A stretch of DNA of 64,000 nucleotides from NCBI GenBank assembly GCA_050273025.1, contig CP158635.1, positions 20,212,001 through 20,276,000 on the forward strand, in the 5' to 3' direction. The position numbers were made by a program, and so were the translations under genes. Positions within the stretch are counted from its first letter, which is position 1, and each line of letters opens with the position of its first letter. Of this stretch, positions 52,101 through 64,000 are shown piece by piece. The notes below the pieces were generated by a model. It did no database searches. It had not been told where the DNA came from and worked only from the letters and a program-made list of their open reading frames with translations. The DNA comes from Cenococcum geophilum. Lineage: Eukaryota.

Positions 52101-52886
52101 CGGGAAACTGAACAACCCGTAAACGTTGCTGGATGGCTGGGAAAGTTCCATGCTGATTTCGTACTACAAGGTGTTACTCCGTACGGCGATCTTGAGCGCG
52201 ATATCAAACGTGCTATGAGCGCTGAGCCAACTCCTATCACTGCCGCAACAACCCCCACTCTTGAACAAGGTCCTATAGAGAAATGGATCGAGGTTTGTTC
52301 GGCTTTAGTCGCCGACACCCGCACATTCACTGTCAAACGCATTCGTCTCCACCGACTTGTTAAGCTCATTCCCACACCTAGTCAATCAGGTGTCACTCCC
52401 GGCATCTCCGGTCCTGCTCGTTCGCAGTATGGCAATCCGTACACACAATCCAATCTTACACCTACACTGCCAATGACGGAGCTACACCTAGAGGAAACAT
52501 TTATTGAAGAGCCAATCATGGATATGGACGGCACTCTGGTGGATGCTGTTGAACGCGTGCTTGCGCAGAGCGGTCAGCCATCTCGGGTGCAGTCTGCTTC
52601 CTCATCTCGTTCGAGCTCTCGCCGTGGTAGGAGAGATCGCAGATCTGTCTCCGATGCCGCCCCCTGGCCGGAAATCCCAAGGAGTGAATGTAAACAACTT
52701 GTGCTCGGTGCATTAGAGCAGGTTGTAAAGAGCGTCGCTGCTGAGCGTGCGAGTCAGGACCACAAGGGCACGGATACAGATTCAATACGCGAGAGGAAGA
52801 GTAAGAATGCTAGCAAGCCGACGGCAGACTCAACTCTGAAGGAGGGAATTCGAAGATGGCTTACTGAGGTGGAGGAGACGCATTGA
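49167..52886 (+). CDS. lst4: Folliculin-interacting protein (FNIP/Lst4 family; partner of FLCN/Lst7, GAP for RagC/Gtr2 in TORC1 amino-acid signalling)
   Basis: Intact intronless ORF; first ATG at 49167, alternative 49173 (MLGQLL). FNIP_N motifs DIRIIIAQD and CMFGNTAMSYRG..KLH; FNIP_M LLTAFLGNHTEW and RTIIVS....ARRLIFLLAAF; FNIP_C FHADFVLQG and ALVADTRTFTV. No RIP signature. Confidence 0.9.
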   Translation: MNMLGQLLHSINPSRRGVTRQPTLIESVTEESHTRNLLFPDANTLYHLEGQPYPLSNGSAIGAITPGNGYDGTQGEIDLEHSRDIRIIIAQDESGPMPRTVLFDSKPGPPRSESPTQTNPRARLFGGAGGSNTAGPAFGGTHARRSSLTSETSMPRSPTVGAFQRARTRGSSISSMPNIDEHSQGRTKESVDLVNICLDCMFGNTAMSYRGPSNKLHIVPLDSRAADPGITSPSLHDGTSSFGRAEGRKKSHLAKSYTPSNPPPELPRSVSEMSEIPSREPRRRTILITRTFSVTLPDEDQPLDSVNIHTPTPQNSLGKGNGFPFPQTGAGGAPARTAQRPAKPRKTPMYAITIIIQLPVASPFSARPPSRPGHLGQRMSSQTTAPTHGHDSLGSSFDSDRRAGWALVDSNFGVDSLLSTSLSSDVDDRVDVIGQHWDVITRTLTSLQSVIHERILAHFKAAEVGSPPIIQQPRVQPVRSSSRDPPIQLQPRRALRLQSNALAFDRDIKKATDLAGERVVRGMKVPRVITGQGRWGVWREEARWLGRWAGGRDQNFFFFNLLTAFLGNHTEWLNILGPKWYRKRHREQQKSNIGEDLTISSRTIIVSTDKMAARRLIFLLAAFLPSSSHTMYDGASPIRPSTSASFRAYSQSPPSNVPISRQQSLRRTINRRGKQSYSNMRLQPPGTKGNSLSTLESADDKPDIGVADPPEAIRHSRHPSETQSIRTSLVIPSITNSATTSKSSAATTSTVTPENAVPVAHFTVPRTNSSGPTTEHRPGSSESLASANLMHTLQRSSSGHISSPSTDSQSASRWGSFMSFWSNGGRRESSTDQSDILQSTDDGLGITGMGFKRPADHPSRNALEQMVHELEVDPEIYGDDLEIFDLSAMKTADSPPEQRPLGSSGVPASAARAIPERPKPLDSPLKLSVNENDGVIDVDIPLPGFGSPLQSPLLGGYHSVSSLEGSSFDQSSVFSLPHRETEQPVNVAGWLGKFHADFVLQGVTPYGDLERDIKRAMSAEPTPITAATTPTLEQGPIEKWIEVCSALVADTRTFTVKRIRLHRLVKLIPTPSQSGVTPGISGPARSQYGNPYTQSNLTPTLPMTELHLEETFIEEPIMDMDGTLVDAVERVLAQSGQPSRVQSASSSRSSSRRGRRDRRSVSDAAPWPEIPRSECKQLVLGALEQVVKSVAAERASQDHKGTDTDSIRERKSKNASKPTADSTLKEGIRRWLTEVEETH

Positions 52887-53895
52887 GCCAACCATTCTCT
52901 GGATTTAATGGCTTGTAATAATGTGCGTGAGCTTCAACTCGACTTTCGCCTTTCATTATAATTTTTTCCGCGCGGATGCGCGTTGTACAACATAAATTTC
53001 CTATCTGCTCGAGTATTTTTTAATGTCTTCGATCAAAGTGGCATTTCGGCGCCGTCTTAGCTTCTCTCTCTGCTAAGTTTTAGCGGGCGAAATGATTTGG
53101 GAGGCAGTGGTCTGGCGTTCGTATGCTTCGAGCTGCACAATGGCAGCACTGGAATCCGCGACCTCAATCGGTTTAGTAGCCTGGCGTTTTGGGATCGGAA
53201 TGAATGTGCGTAATGAATGTGCTCTTGGATAGATCATGGCTATCCAGAATGTTGGTAGATCTTCGACATAGAGATTAATGCGTAACTCTGCTTACATGTG
53301 CATACTCCTGATGTACGCCGAGTGGGTATACCAGCGCTTTGCAGATAGCTAGACGGGACGATTTTTTAACGTCGAGCCAGAAGACAAAGGGCAAAGCTTT
53401 TCGAAAGTACGCGGCTTATAAAATTCTAGGACTTGACGCAAAACTCTCCAGTTTCCGGCAATATACTAAAAAACTGTGAAATTTAAAAATAGGAAAAGTT
53501 TCTATAGAAAAGTCCTTATTTTATTTCACTTTTTAAAAAATAAATAAATAAAATAATCTAGCTAATATAGGTAATAGGGTTTTAACTACTTCCTAAGTTA
53601 TAACCAATTTAATATAAGGGGTATTATTAGAGTTACCTTAGGTTACTTTTAGAGCAACCCTTTAAAAGAAGGGCTAAAGCTAGGAGATATAGAAATATCC
53701 CCTAAATCTCTAATTAGGTAGCTAGGGGTATTTCTAAACTTTAAGCTTACTTTATTAATAAAATATCGTCCCTTTTAAATAGCCTTAACTACTAGCTGTT
53801 AATAGATAATTAACTTAGTATAATTAATATATTATTTGACGTACTTAATAAACTAACCTATATTAAGTTTTTTTTAATACTTAGCCTACGCATAG

Positions 53896-54562
53896 TGTCA
53901 CGGAACGAGGGCAGTAGCTATAAAGCGTATGTATTTGAGGAGTCTACAAGACGTTACGCGATCGATCATAAGGGTCGAGGGCGTAAGGAGGTGATATACC
54001 TACGCGTAGCTGATATAAGCTGTACGCGAGGTGTACGCGAGAGCACGGGGCTCTCCTATAGAGGCCCCTGCGATGGGGTTCCGTAATACTACCTCCCCTC
54101 CTATAGAGGCGGAGCTCTAGCGACGCTGTGGTTACTATATATATATAAAAGGGACACTTAAGGTATAGAAAAGAAGAAAGGGGGGTGTTACTAAAGGTTT
54201 AAAACAACGTTATATAATAAGGCTTGGTATCTAAAAATCTAACTAATTAGATAACTTTAACCGCTGGTTAAAGTTCCTAGATATTTTAACAATATTCCGG
54301 TTATATAATTGCACTTTACTGCAATCTAACGGCAATTTGCCCTTATATAGTAATATATAATAGTTTAACTCTATAAGGGCTCCTATAAAGGATTAGGTAT
54401 AAAATCTCTACTTAAGCCTAGTTTTTATAGGTTTACGTAGTAAAAGTTACTAATTAAATCCTTTACATTTTTAAAGTCTTTCTATAGTTACTATTTTAGC
54501 TAATTTATATTAAATCCTATATATATAGCTCTATAGTAGAGCCGTTATCCTCTACCTTTACT
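53896..54562 (-). mobile_element. 3' end of another chromovirus Gypsy (3' LTR, PPT, chromodomain)
   Basis: LTR 53896-54088 with inverted ends tgtcacggaac/gttccgtaata; adjacent PPT ggaggggaggtag on the minus strand; 54415-54560 reads chromodomain-like LYYRA...GF.....WQPWRDF.NA..LI..FH..NP.KP. Confidence 0.75.
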
Positions 54563-57500
54563 TATTAGGAATAAGGCAAGCGGTTATCACGTAACGCCGC
54601 GGCACTAGCGTGGCGAGGAGTCTTAGGCTCCTCGCCCTTTCTCATTCCAATTAAATAAGCTTTATTAACCAACATCACTGTAACCTACTTAAGTAGTTAT
54701 TATTAGTGAGTCACCCTATATAACTAATACTGATTAGTGGTTAAATACACAGTTAACTATAGAGCAGCTAGGTTTTTAAATAGAAGAGACAGTCTTATAT
54801 AGGGGTGCTATATACGCTTATATAGAATAGATCCCGGCGACACTATACTACCTTAAACTTACGGAAAACTAGTAATAGAAGTGTTACTAAGTACTAGGAG
54901 ATACTAAGTTGCGTCTATTATATAGAATAATTGCGTTTATAAAGATTTAGTTATACTTTAGGTTAAAAGTGTTACTAAACCTAGAGTCCTAAGTTAACGT
55001 CCAAAACGTGTTAAATAATATCTAAAACACGTCAAACAACATCTTAAATTGCCTACCTCTTGACAGCAAACCTACGAGATCCTATAAAACCGAAAATCCT
55101 ACCTACCTTCGACATACGACACCCCGTTAATTCTACTATACCTACTATAGCGTTAACCTACTTAAAGAAGTACGAGGATAATATTAACCCTATAATTACT
55201 AAGTAATAGGACCTAAACGGATTCCTATTAAACTATATAGTATACTATAAAGATAGCAAATATAATAATACTATACTATAGTACTATATAAAGGAGGACT
55301 TTATTAAATAGATAAAGGAAATATAGGTTCCTATAAATAAAGATATTATATAGGACTTCCATAACTTCCTTTAGGAGTATAAAGTATTTATCCCTATAGA
55401 TGGGGGAGTTATTAGAGATAATATTTAGGAGCATATTATTAACATAAAAGAAGAGTACGAATAAACTCTATAAGAGATTAAGTATTAACTACGCACTATA
55501 AGGAAGCTTAACTTATAATAGAATCCAAGTAATACACCTCTAGAAATAAATTTACCTCCGCCTTTAACTCCTCTATATTTAATTTAACCTATAGCTTTAA
55601 TATCGGACACTATACCCTAATAAGAGCAGGCACAGGATCCTATTGCTCCGCGATTTAATAACCTTTAGACTCTACCGATTAGACCTATATCCTTACTACA
55701 GCCTATAATATAACTCCTACCTCCTTTATTTTAATCTTAAATTAGAGGTAGTTTAAAATTGCTTATAGAGCTTACAAAGCTCTATTTAGATTAGGAGAAG
55801 AAGTTTAGTAAGGAACTATATAATATTCTTAATTTAAAACTATATATCTTTTATGACTATTATTAGAAAGTAAAAATAGAGTCTAATTAATACTATAACG
55901 CCTATTCTATTATACTTAAGGGCTAAGCTAATACCTTCTATTATAACCGTTTAGCAGGAAAAGGATATAATTTTAACCATATAATATATAAGTTAAGATA
56001 CTACTTTAAAATAGAAGAGAATAAGTAGCAGTATATATTAGAATAGAGAGAGACTACCTTTTTAAGGATTATTACTATAAACTTAGGTATCCCTCGGCTT
56101 AATTATCTTTAAAAGCTCTTTAATTAACTTTAAACGATTTAGCGTAGTTTATCCAAATTATATTAAGAGGATTTTAGCCTATATAATTAAGTTATTAGTG
56201 TATACTAAGGCGTTAAAAAATATAACCTTACTTTCTTTAATCCTATAAATACTTATAAAGGAGTATATACTTAATTAGGATCTTCTATTAGCACCACTCT
56301 ACGCTCTTAAAAAGTATAGTAATTTAATACCTAACTCTAACCTACTTTAATCGACCCGCCTAACTAATATAATTATAACTAGACTAATTAAATATATAGT
56401 AGCTGGGGTAAATAATATAGTAGAGGGTATAATTAATAACTATAAGGTAAAGGTAGAGGCCCTTATAGAGGTTTATTTTAAAGTAATTATTAAAAGAAGT
56501 GCTATGTTTATAAGAAACTAAATTACTAGTTAACTAGGCATTCTCTTAATAAGTAAAAGGAGGCATATAATAAGTTTTGCTAAAGTATAAGAAACTTTAA
56601 AAATTATAAGGTTACTATAGCCTACTTTTAAAGCTTTTTAGTTTAATATAAAGGCGTAAAAGATCTTAAAGGTAAGGTTAATAAGGCCAAATAGCTCCTT
56701 ATAGATATGGAAATTAAGGACTACTTATCTAACTAATACTTTACTAGGTATAGTAAGGTAGATAGTATATAAACCGTTACTATTTTTAATAACTAATTTA
56801 CACTCTACTCTATTATAAAGTTAGATATCTTTAATAAGCCACAAAAGAGTTTTACGTTCTCCTTTAATAATAGATACTTAGTAAACGTCTTCTATAGTAT
56901 TATACCAGACACTAGAGCCGTAAAAGTATCTATAATAGGAGAACTTTAAGTTTAAGCCCTTTAGTAGCTTAATAGCTCTATTTAAATTAACTATTTAACG
57001 GTAGGCTAATACACGATTCGTTTTAGTAAGGGTACTATAATCTCTTTTAGCATAATTAGGGTCTAAACCCCCTTAGGGTGTATTACTTTTTACGTTATTC
57101 CTATAAATACCCCATTTTTATTTTGCATTAAAGATATAAATAAATTAGGCATTAAGCTTAATAACTTTAAAAATATACTTATTTAGGGAGATAATTAAGT
57201 GCCTATTATACGTAAGTAGGGTTACCCCTAGTTACTCCTTTATTAACTAGAAAAGAATATTACTTAAAGCCACTTAACTAAGTTAGAGTTACATTAACTA
57301 TACCGTTACTTTAGCCACCTATCTATTTACTAACTACTTAGGGTCCTTTAGTAAGTAGGCTATAAAGTTAAGGTTAAGGCGATTAAGTATTTTATAAAGT
57401 ATTATTATTACTACTAAATAAACCAGAAGTCCCTTAGCCGATTTAAGTTTAACCTTAAAAATAACTACGACTTTAACTTTTATATTATTATTAATGTTAT

Positions 57501-59622
57501 ATATCTTAGCGGTAAGCTAGTACTCTAAGTTATTAACTTCTTAACCTCCTTCTAAGCCGCACTTTTCTTAAAGGATATATTAGCTAGGAATATATAGGAT
57601 ACCCTTTAATTATATTAGATTAATATCTACTTAGGACCCTCTAACTAAATTATCTATAATATAGAAAAGAACTTCTTATCTATAGAGTTTTAATAATAGA
57701 TAAAGGCAATGGCAATTAAGGTTAAGGAAGTCTCTATTAAGGTATATAATAGTATTAAAAAAGTAAAGCAATATTATGCGCTATTACGCCACATATATAA
57801 AATTATTTCTTTAAAACTAAAGAATATTAGCAAAGAACTTACCTTATAAATAGCTATTAAAGCTATTAATAATTCCGCTGGCCTAGATGGACTTATACCT
57901 ATATTACTAGTCTTTAGCGCCTACCCTTAAATAATTAATAATTTTTTACTATCTCTCTCTATTATATAATAAGCTAAGGCTATTTATAAGGTAATAAAGG
58001 AGGTATAATATCTTTATGCTATATACTAGGTTAATAACGTACTAGGAATAAGAAATAGCCTAAATACTTTAACTACGCTTAATCTGCTACTCTAGTCTAA
58101 GATATATATATAGCGTAAAAAGGGAGGGTAGTTAGGCCTATATTAACTTATTATAATTAATAGTTAAACTTATACTATTTAGATGCCTTATAGACCTACT
58201 TAATTCTATTTAACTATTATTAAGCCTTACTATAAAGATAATAGTTCTAAGCCTTTATAGGATGCTATAGAAAATGCCCTAAAGGAGAACTATAATTAAC
58301 GTGCTCTAGAAGGCGACTATAATCCTAATATAATTATAGTAGATACGCCGCAACTATAACGCGGTAGAGGTCGCCTAAAGGGATTATAAAATCACTAATA
58401 TCTTATTAATTTTAAAGAGCAATTTATTGCCGCTATTAAGAATAGAGTTAAGCTATTAATGGCCTTTATAATAGCTAAGGAAAAGGCTAACTTTAAACTT
58501 ATAAAATAGCTTTAAAAGGAAGGTTGTATTATAACTTTAGAAGCTCCTTTTTAAGCATCTAATAAGTAGAAGATCGATAGTCTTATTACAAGAGAAGTCT
58601 TTAAATTTAAGAAGTATAACCCTATTAAGTTTAATAAAGTTCGCATTTTTAAGTTAAGAATAGTTAACGAGATTAAGGGTAAAGCTACTAATGCCCTATT
58701 TAAGAAATTAAGGCTTATTATTTAAGGTTATAATAATAATAGTAAGGAGGTAATTCTTATATAATCCCCTATAATTTAATAAGCTAATTAGTAAGTTATT
58801 ATTATGCTAGCTCCCTCCTTAATAAAGAATAGAATAGCGGTTTATTTATAAGATATTACCTAAGCCTACACTTAATCGGAGACGCCCCTTTAGCGCTTAA
58901 TACTAGTATACCTTCTAGAGTAAATTCGCCACTAATATTCTAAAGATATAATTATAGTTATACTTAAGCTATTATATAGAATTACAGAGGTAAAAACTTA
59001 TTAGTAGGCTACCTATAGTAAGCACTATAAAGAGAAACTTTTAATAACTACTTCTATATTTAACCTATACTTCCTTATTATAACTACAGGAACTCTATTT
59101 AGAATTATTGGCATATAAACTAATAATATAATTATTTTAGGAGAAGACTAATTCTTAGCTCTTAAAGAAGATAAACTAGTAAAGGTAAATCTTATAGCAA
59201 AGCTAAAGGAAAAGCTTAATTTAATAACACTATTACTCTTTAATAAATATATCCTCTCCCTAAACAAGAATTCTATTGCTTTACGCTAGAAGGGTTAAGG
59301 CAAGAAGATTAATATTATTAACGTTAATTCTTTAAAGTAAGGATATGTAGAGTAACGCGCTTATAGAGCTTATATTACTTTTATCTATTAACCTAAGACT
59401 TTATTTAATCTTTCTATTACCGCCTAATACTAGAAACTAACTAAGAATAATATTCTTGCCCTAAATAAACGTCTTTTCTAGTAAATAAACTATCTTGACT
59501 AGGGACTACACTATATACCTATTAATCTTCCTACTATTAAGCTCTTTATATTTATTAATAAATCGTTTATAAATAATAAAGATTTTAGCTCCTAGCTAAG
59601 ATATAAGATTATTATTATAAAC
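54563..59622 (+). mobile_element. Copia (GalEa-like) copy 2, heavily RIPed, interrupted in RNase H
   Basis: 5' LTR 54563-54729 followed by ctgattagtgg; internal region colinear with 17209-22110. Confidence 0.93.
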
Positions 59623-62600
59623 TGTCGGGAATAAGGCAAGTTGCCGTCGTATGAAGCATATTGCCGTCACGTGTCGACGTGGCCCTAGCGTAGTAAGGAA
59701 CCTTAAGTTCCTCACCCCTTTCCTCATTCCTATTAATAAGAATTAACCAACATCACTATAACCCTACTCGAGTAGTCGTTATTAGTAAGTCACCCTATAT
59801 TTCTAACACTAATTAGTGGTTAAATACACAGTCAACTACAGAGCAGCTAGGTTTTCGAATAAAAGAGACAGTCTCGTGTAGGGGTACTATATACGCTTAT
59901 ATAGAATGGATCCCGGCGATACTATACTACCTTAAACTTACGGAAAACTAGTAATAGAAGTATTACTAAGTACTAGGAGATACCAAGTTGCGTCTATTAT
60001 GTAGAACAACCACGTTTATAAAGATTTAGTTAAGTACTTTAGGTCAGAAGTGTCACTAAACCTACGGTCCCAAAATTAATGTCTAAAACGCGTTAAACAA
60101 CTACACATATAAAGATTTAGTCGAGTACTTTAGGTTAAAAGTGTCACTAAACCTATGGTTCTAAAGTTAACGTCCGAAACGCGTCGACAACATCTTAATT
60201 GCCTACCTTTTAATAGCAAACCTACGAGATTCTACAAAGCCAAAAACCCTACCTACCTTCGACGTACAACACCCCGTCAATTCTATACCTACTATAGCGT
60301 TAACCTACCCAAAGAAGTACAAGAAAAGCATTAACCCAAAGACATAGGATATAGACATTAACCCTATAAACGCCAAAAAATAGGACCTAAACGGATTCTT
60401 AGTATACCGCATAGTATACTATACAGACAGTAAATACAACAATACTAAGCTATGGTGTTATATAAAGGAGGACTTTATTAAATAGATAAAGGAAATATAG
60501 GCTCTCGCAAAAAAGGACGTTATACAAAACTTCTATAACTTCCTTTAAAAGAATAGAGTATTTATTCCTATAGATAGGGGTGCCATTAGAGACAATATCC
60601 AGAAGCAAATTATTAATGTAAAAGAAGAGCATAAATAGACTCTATAAGAGGTTAAGCACCAACTATGTACTAAGAGGAAGCTTAACTTATAATAGAATCT
60701 AAATAATACGCTAATAAAGACGCGCTCTAATTCCATTACTTTAGGCATAAGTTCTTATGTTCTATATCTATCGCTTCTACCTCTATCTCTAGCTCCCCAG
60801 GATCCACTAATTTAACCAGCAATATTAACCACTACCCCTTAAGAGTAAGCGCAAGATCCCCTTGCTTCGCGATTTAATAACCTTTAAACTCTACTATAGG
60901 AAGATTAGGTACCACGCCATATTCCACTAAGCCCTATATCTCCACTACAGCCTATAAAGTAATTCCCACCTTAATCTCTAATGCAATTTCAATGTGGTTT
61001 AATACTACTTAAAGGCACCTTAAAAATGCTTATAGAGCTTATAAAGCTCTATATAGACTAGGAGAAGAAGTTTAGCGGGGAACTATATAACATCCTTAAT
61101 TTAAAGCTGCGTATCTTCTATAACTATTACTAAAAGGTTAGACTAGAACCTAACCAATATTATAACACCTATTCCGTTATACTTAAGGGCCGCGCCAGTA
61201 CCTTCTATTATAATTATTTAGCAAGAAAAGGATACGATTTTAACCAAATAATATATAAGATAAGATGCCACTTTAAAATAGAAGAGAATAAGCAGTAATA
61301 TATATTAGAGTAGAGAGAGACTACCTTTCTAAGAATTATTGCTATAAACCTAGGTGTCTCTCAGCTTAATTATCTTTAAAAGCTCTTTAATTAACTTTAG
61401 ATAATTCAGCGTGGTTTATCTAAATTATATTAAGAGGACCTTAGCCTACGCAATTAAGTTATTAGCGCATACCAAGGTATCAAAAAATATAATCTCGCTC
61501 TTTTTAACCCTATAAGTACTTACAAAGGAGTATATACTTAATTAAGATCCTCTATTAGCACCGCTCTACGCTCTTAAGAAGTATAGCAATTTAACGCCTA
61601 ACTCTAACCTACCTTAATCGACCCGGCTGACTAATATAATTACAACTAGACTGATTAAACATATAATAGACGTAGTAGGGGATATAGTAAAGGGTACGAT
61701 TAACGTTAATTATAAGGCAATCATAGAGGTCCTTATAGAGGTTCACTTCGGAGCAATTATTAGAAGAAGTGCTATATTTATAAGAAGCCAAATTACTAGT
61801 TAACTAGACACCCTCTTAATAAACGAAAGGAGGTATATAATAGGTTTCGCCAGAGCGCATAAAACGTCAGAAACTAAAAGGTCACTATGGCCTACTTCTA
61901 AAACTTCCTAGTTTAATATAAAGGCGAAGAAGATCTTAAGGGTAAGGTTAATAAGGCCAAACAGCTCCTTATAAATATAGAAATTAAGGATTACTCTCCC
62001 AACCAATACTTTACTAAGTATAGTAAGGTAAATAGTATATAAACCGTCGCTATCCTTAATAACTAATCTACGCTCCATTCTATTATAAAGTTAGATATCT
62101 TTAATAAGCTAAAAAAAAGTTCCACGTTCTCCTTTAATAATAGATACTTGGCGAATATCTTCTATAGCATTATACCAGATACTAGAGCCGCAGGAGTATC
62201 TATAGCAGGAAAGCCTCAAGTTTAAGCTCTTTAGTAGCTTAATAGCTCTGTTTAAATTAACTAATTAACAGCAGGCCAATATACAATTCGCTTTAGTAAG
62301 GGTACTATAATCTCTCTTAGCACAATTAAGGTCCAAACCCCATTAGGATATATTACTTTCTATATTGTCCCTATAAATACCCTATTCCTATTCTGCATCC
62401 AAGATATAAACAAATTAGGTATTAAGCTTAACAACCTTAAAAATATACTTATCTAGGGAGATAATCAGGTGCCCGTTGTACGCAAGTAGGGTCACCCTTA
62501 GTTACTCCTTCAATAGCCAAAAAGGAGCGTTGCTTAGAGCCACCTAACTAAGTCAGAGTTACGTTAACTACACCGTCGTTTTAGCCACCTATCTATTTAC

Positions 62601-64000
62601 CAATTGCTTAAGGTCCTTTAGCAAGCAGGTTATAAAGTTAAGGTTAAGGTAATTAAACATCTTATAAAGTACTACTATTACTGCTAAATAAACCAGAAGT
62701 CCCCTAGCTGATTTAAGTTTACTCTTAAAGACAACTATAACTTTAACTTCTGCATTATTATAGATGTTATATATCTTAACAGCAAGCCAGTACTCCAAGT
62801 TATTAACTTCTTAACCTCCTTCTAAGCCGCACGCTTTTTAAAAGATATATCAGCTAGAAACGTATAGAATACTCTTTAATTATACTAAATTAATATCTAC
62901 CTAGGACCCCCTAATCAAATCGTTTATAATATAGGAAAGAACTTCTTATCTACGGAGTTTCAATAACAGGTAAAGGCAATAACAATTAAGGTTAAGAAAG
63001 TCCCTATTAAGGTACATAATAGTATTAGAAAAGTAAAATAATATTATACGCCATTACGCCGCGCATATAAGATTATTTCTTTAAAACTAGAGGGTACTAG
63101 CAAAAAGCTTATCCTATAGATAGCTGTTAAGGCTGTTAACGATACCGCTAGCCCAGATAGGCTCGTACCTATATTGCTAGTCTTTAGCACCTACCCTTAA
63201 ATAACTAACAATTCTCTACTATCTCCCTCTATTGCGTAATAAGCTAAGGCTATTCGCAAGGCAATAAAGGAGGTGCAATATCTCTACGCCACGCGCCAGG
63301 TTAATAACGCACTAAAAATAAAAAATGGCCTAAACACCTTAACTATACTTAATCTACCACTCTAATCGGAGGTACGCGTATGGCGTAAAAAGGGAGGATA
63401 GTCAGGCCCACATAAACTCATTGTAATTAATAGTTAAACTTACACTCTTTAAATGCCCCATAAACCCACTTAATTCCACTCAACCGTTATTAAGCCCTAC
63501 TATAGGGATAATAGCTCTAAGCCTTTATAGAATACCCCAGAGGATACCCTAAAGGAGAACCACAATTAACGTACTCTAAAAGGCGAAGGCAATTCTAATA
63601 TAATTGTAGTAGATGTACCGCAACTATGACGCGGTAGAGGTCGCCTAAAGGGATCACGAAATCGCCAACATCTTATCAATTTCGAAGAGCAATTTGTTAC
63701 TGCTATTAAGAATAGAGATAAACTATTAATGGCCTTTATAACAGCTAAAGAGAAGGCTAACTTTAAACTCGTAAAACAGCTCTAAAAGAAAGGCCGTATT
63801 ATAACTCTAGGAGCTCCTTTCTAAGTATCTAATAAGTAGGAAATCGACAGTCTTATTATAAGAGGAGTCTTTAAATTTAAGAAATATAACCCTACTAAGT
63901 TTAATAGAGTCCGCATATTTAAGTTAAGAATAGTTAATAAAATTAAAGGTAAAGCTACTAATACCCCATTTAAGAAGTTAAGGCTAGTCATTTAAGGTTA
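59623..64000 (+). mobile_element. Copia (GalEa-like) copy 3, running off the window in RT
   Basis: 5' LTR 59623-59808; internal region colinear with 17209-21220. Confidence 0.93.

Noticed and set aside
49262..52785. Antisense and alternative-frame ORFs inside lst4
   Set aside because: Typical shadow ORFs of a long coding sequence.
1..64000. Alternative genetic code (TAA/TAG reassigned) or AT-rich organelle/phage DNA
   Set aside because: Stops differ between copies of the same repeat and arise from C>T/G>A transitions; the host gene uses the standard code. RIP explains the pattern.

Overview
Fungal (filamentous ascomycete, Pezizomycotina-like) genomic DNA. About 90% of the window is a nested transposable-element graveyard mutated by RIP (repeat-induced point mutation): TpA-rich, CpA/TpG-poor, with Gln/Trp codons turned into TAA/TAG. 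Only one intact host gene is present, an intronless ~1240-aa folliculin-interacting protein (FNIP/Lst4) at 49167-52886, in a ~5 kb non-RIP island. By mentally reversing RIP and using TIR/LTR/TSD boundaries I resolved: the 3' end of a Crypton-type (GCR1_C) element, a Tc1/IS630 element with a second convergent cargo ORF, two Fot1/pogo elements, a Helitron, two pogo-type MITEs, four chromovirus Gypsy copies (one full length), three GalEa-type Copia copies (one full length), a 2.2 kb non-autonomous Copia derivative, several solo LTRs, a hAT element, an ORF1-only LINE derivative and a 1 kb non-coding retroposon. The most unusual signals are accessory genes inside TEs: an antisense, intron-containing Cys-rich/coiled-coil gene in the Gypsy 3' region and an unknown gene inside the Tc1 element. 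All TE protein calls rest on by-eye translation of RIP-damaged sequence; no database search was run.
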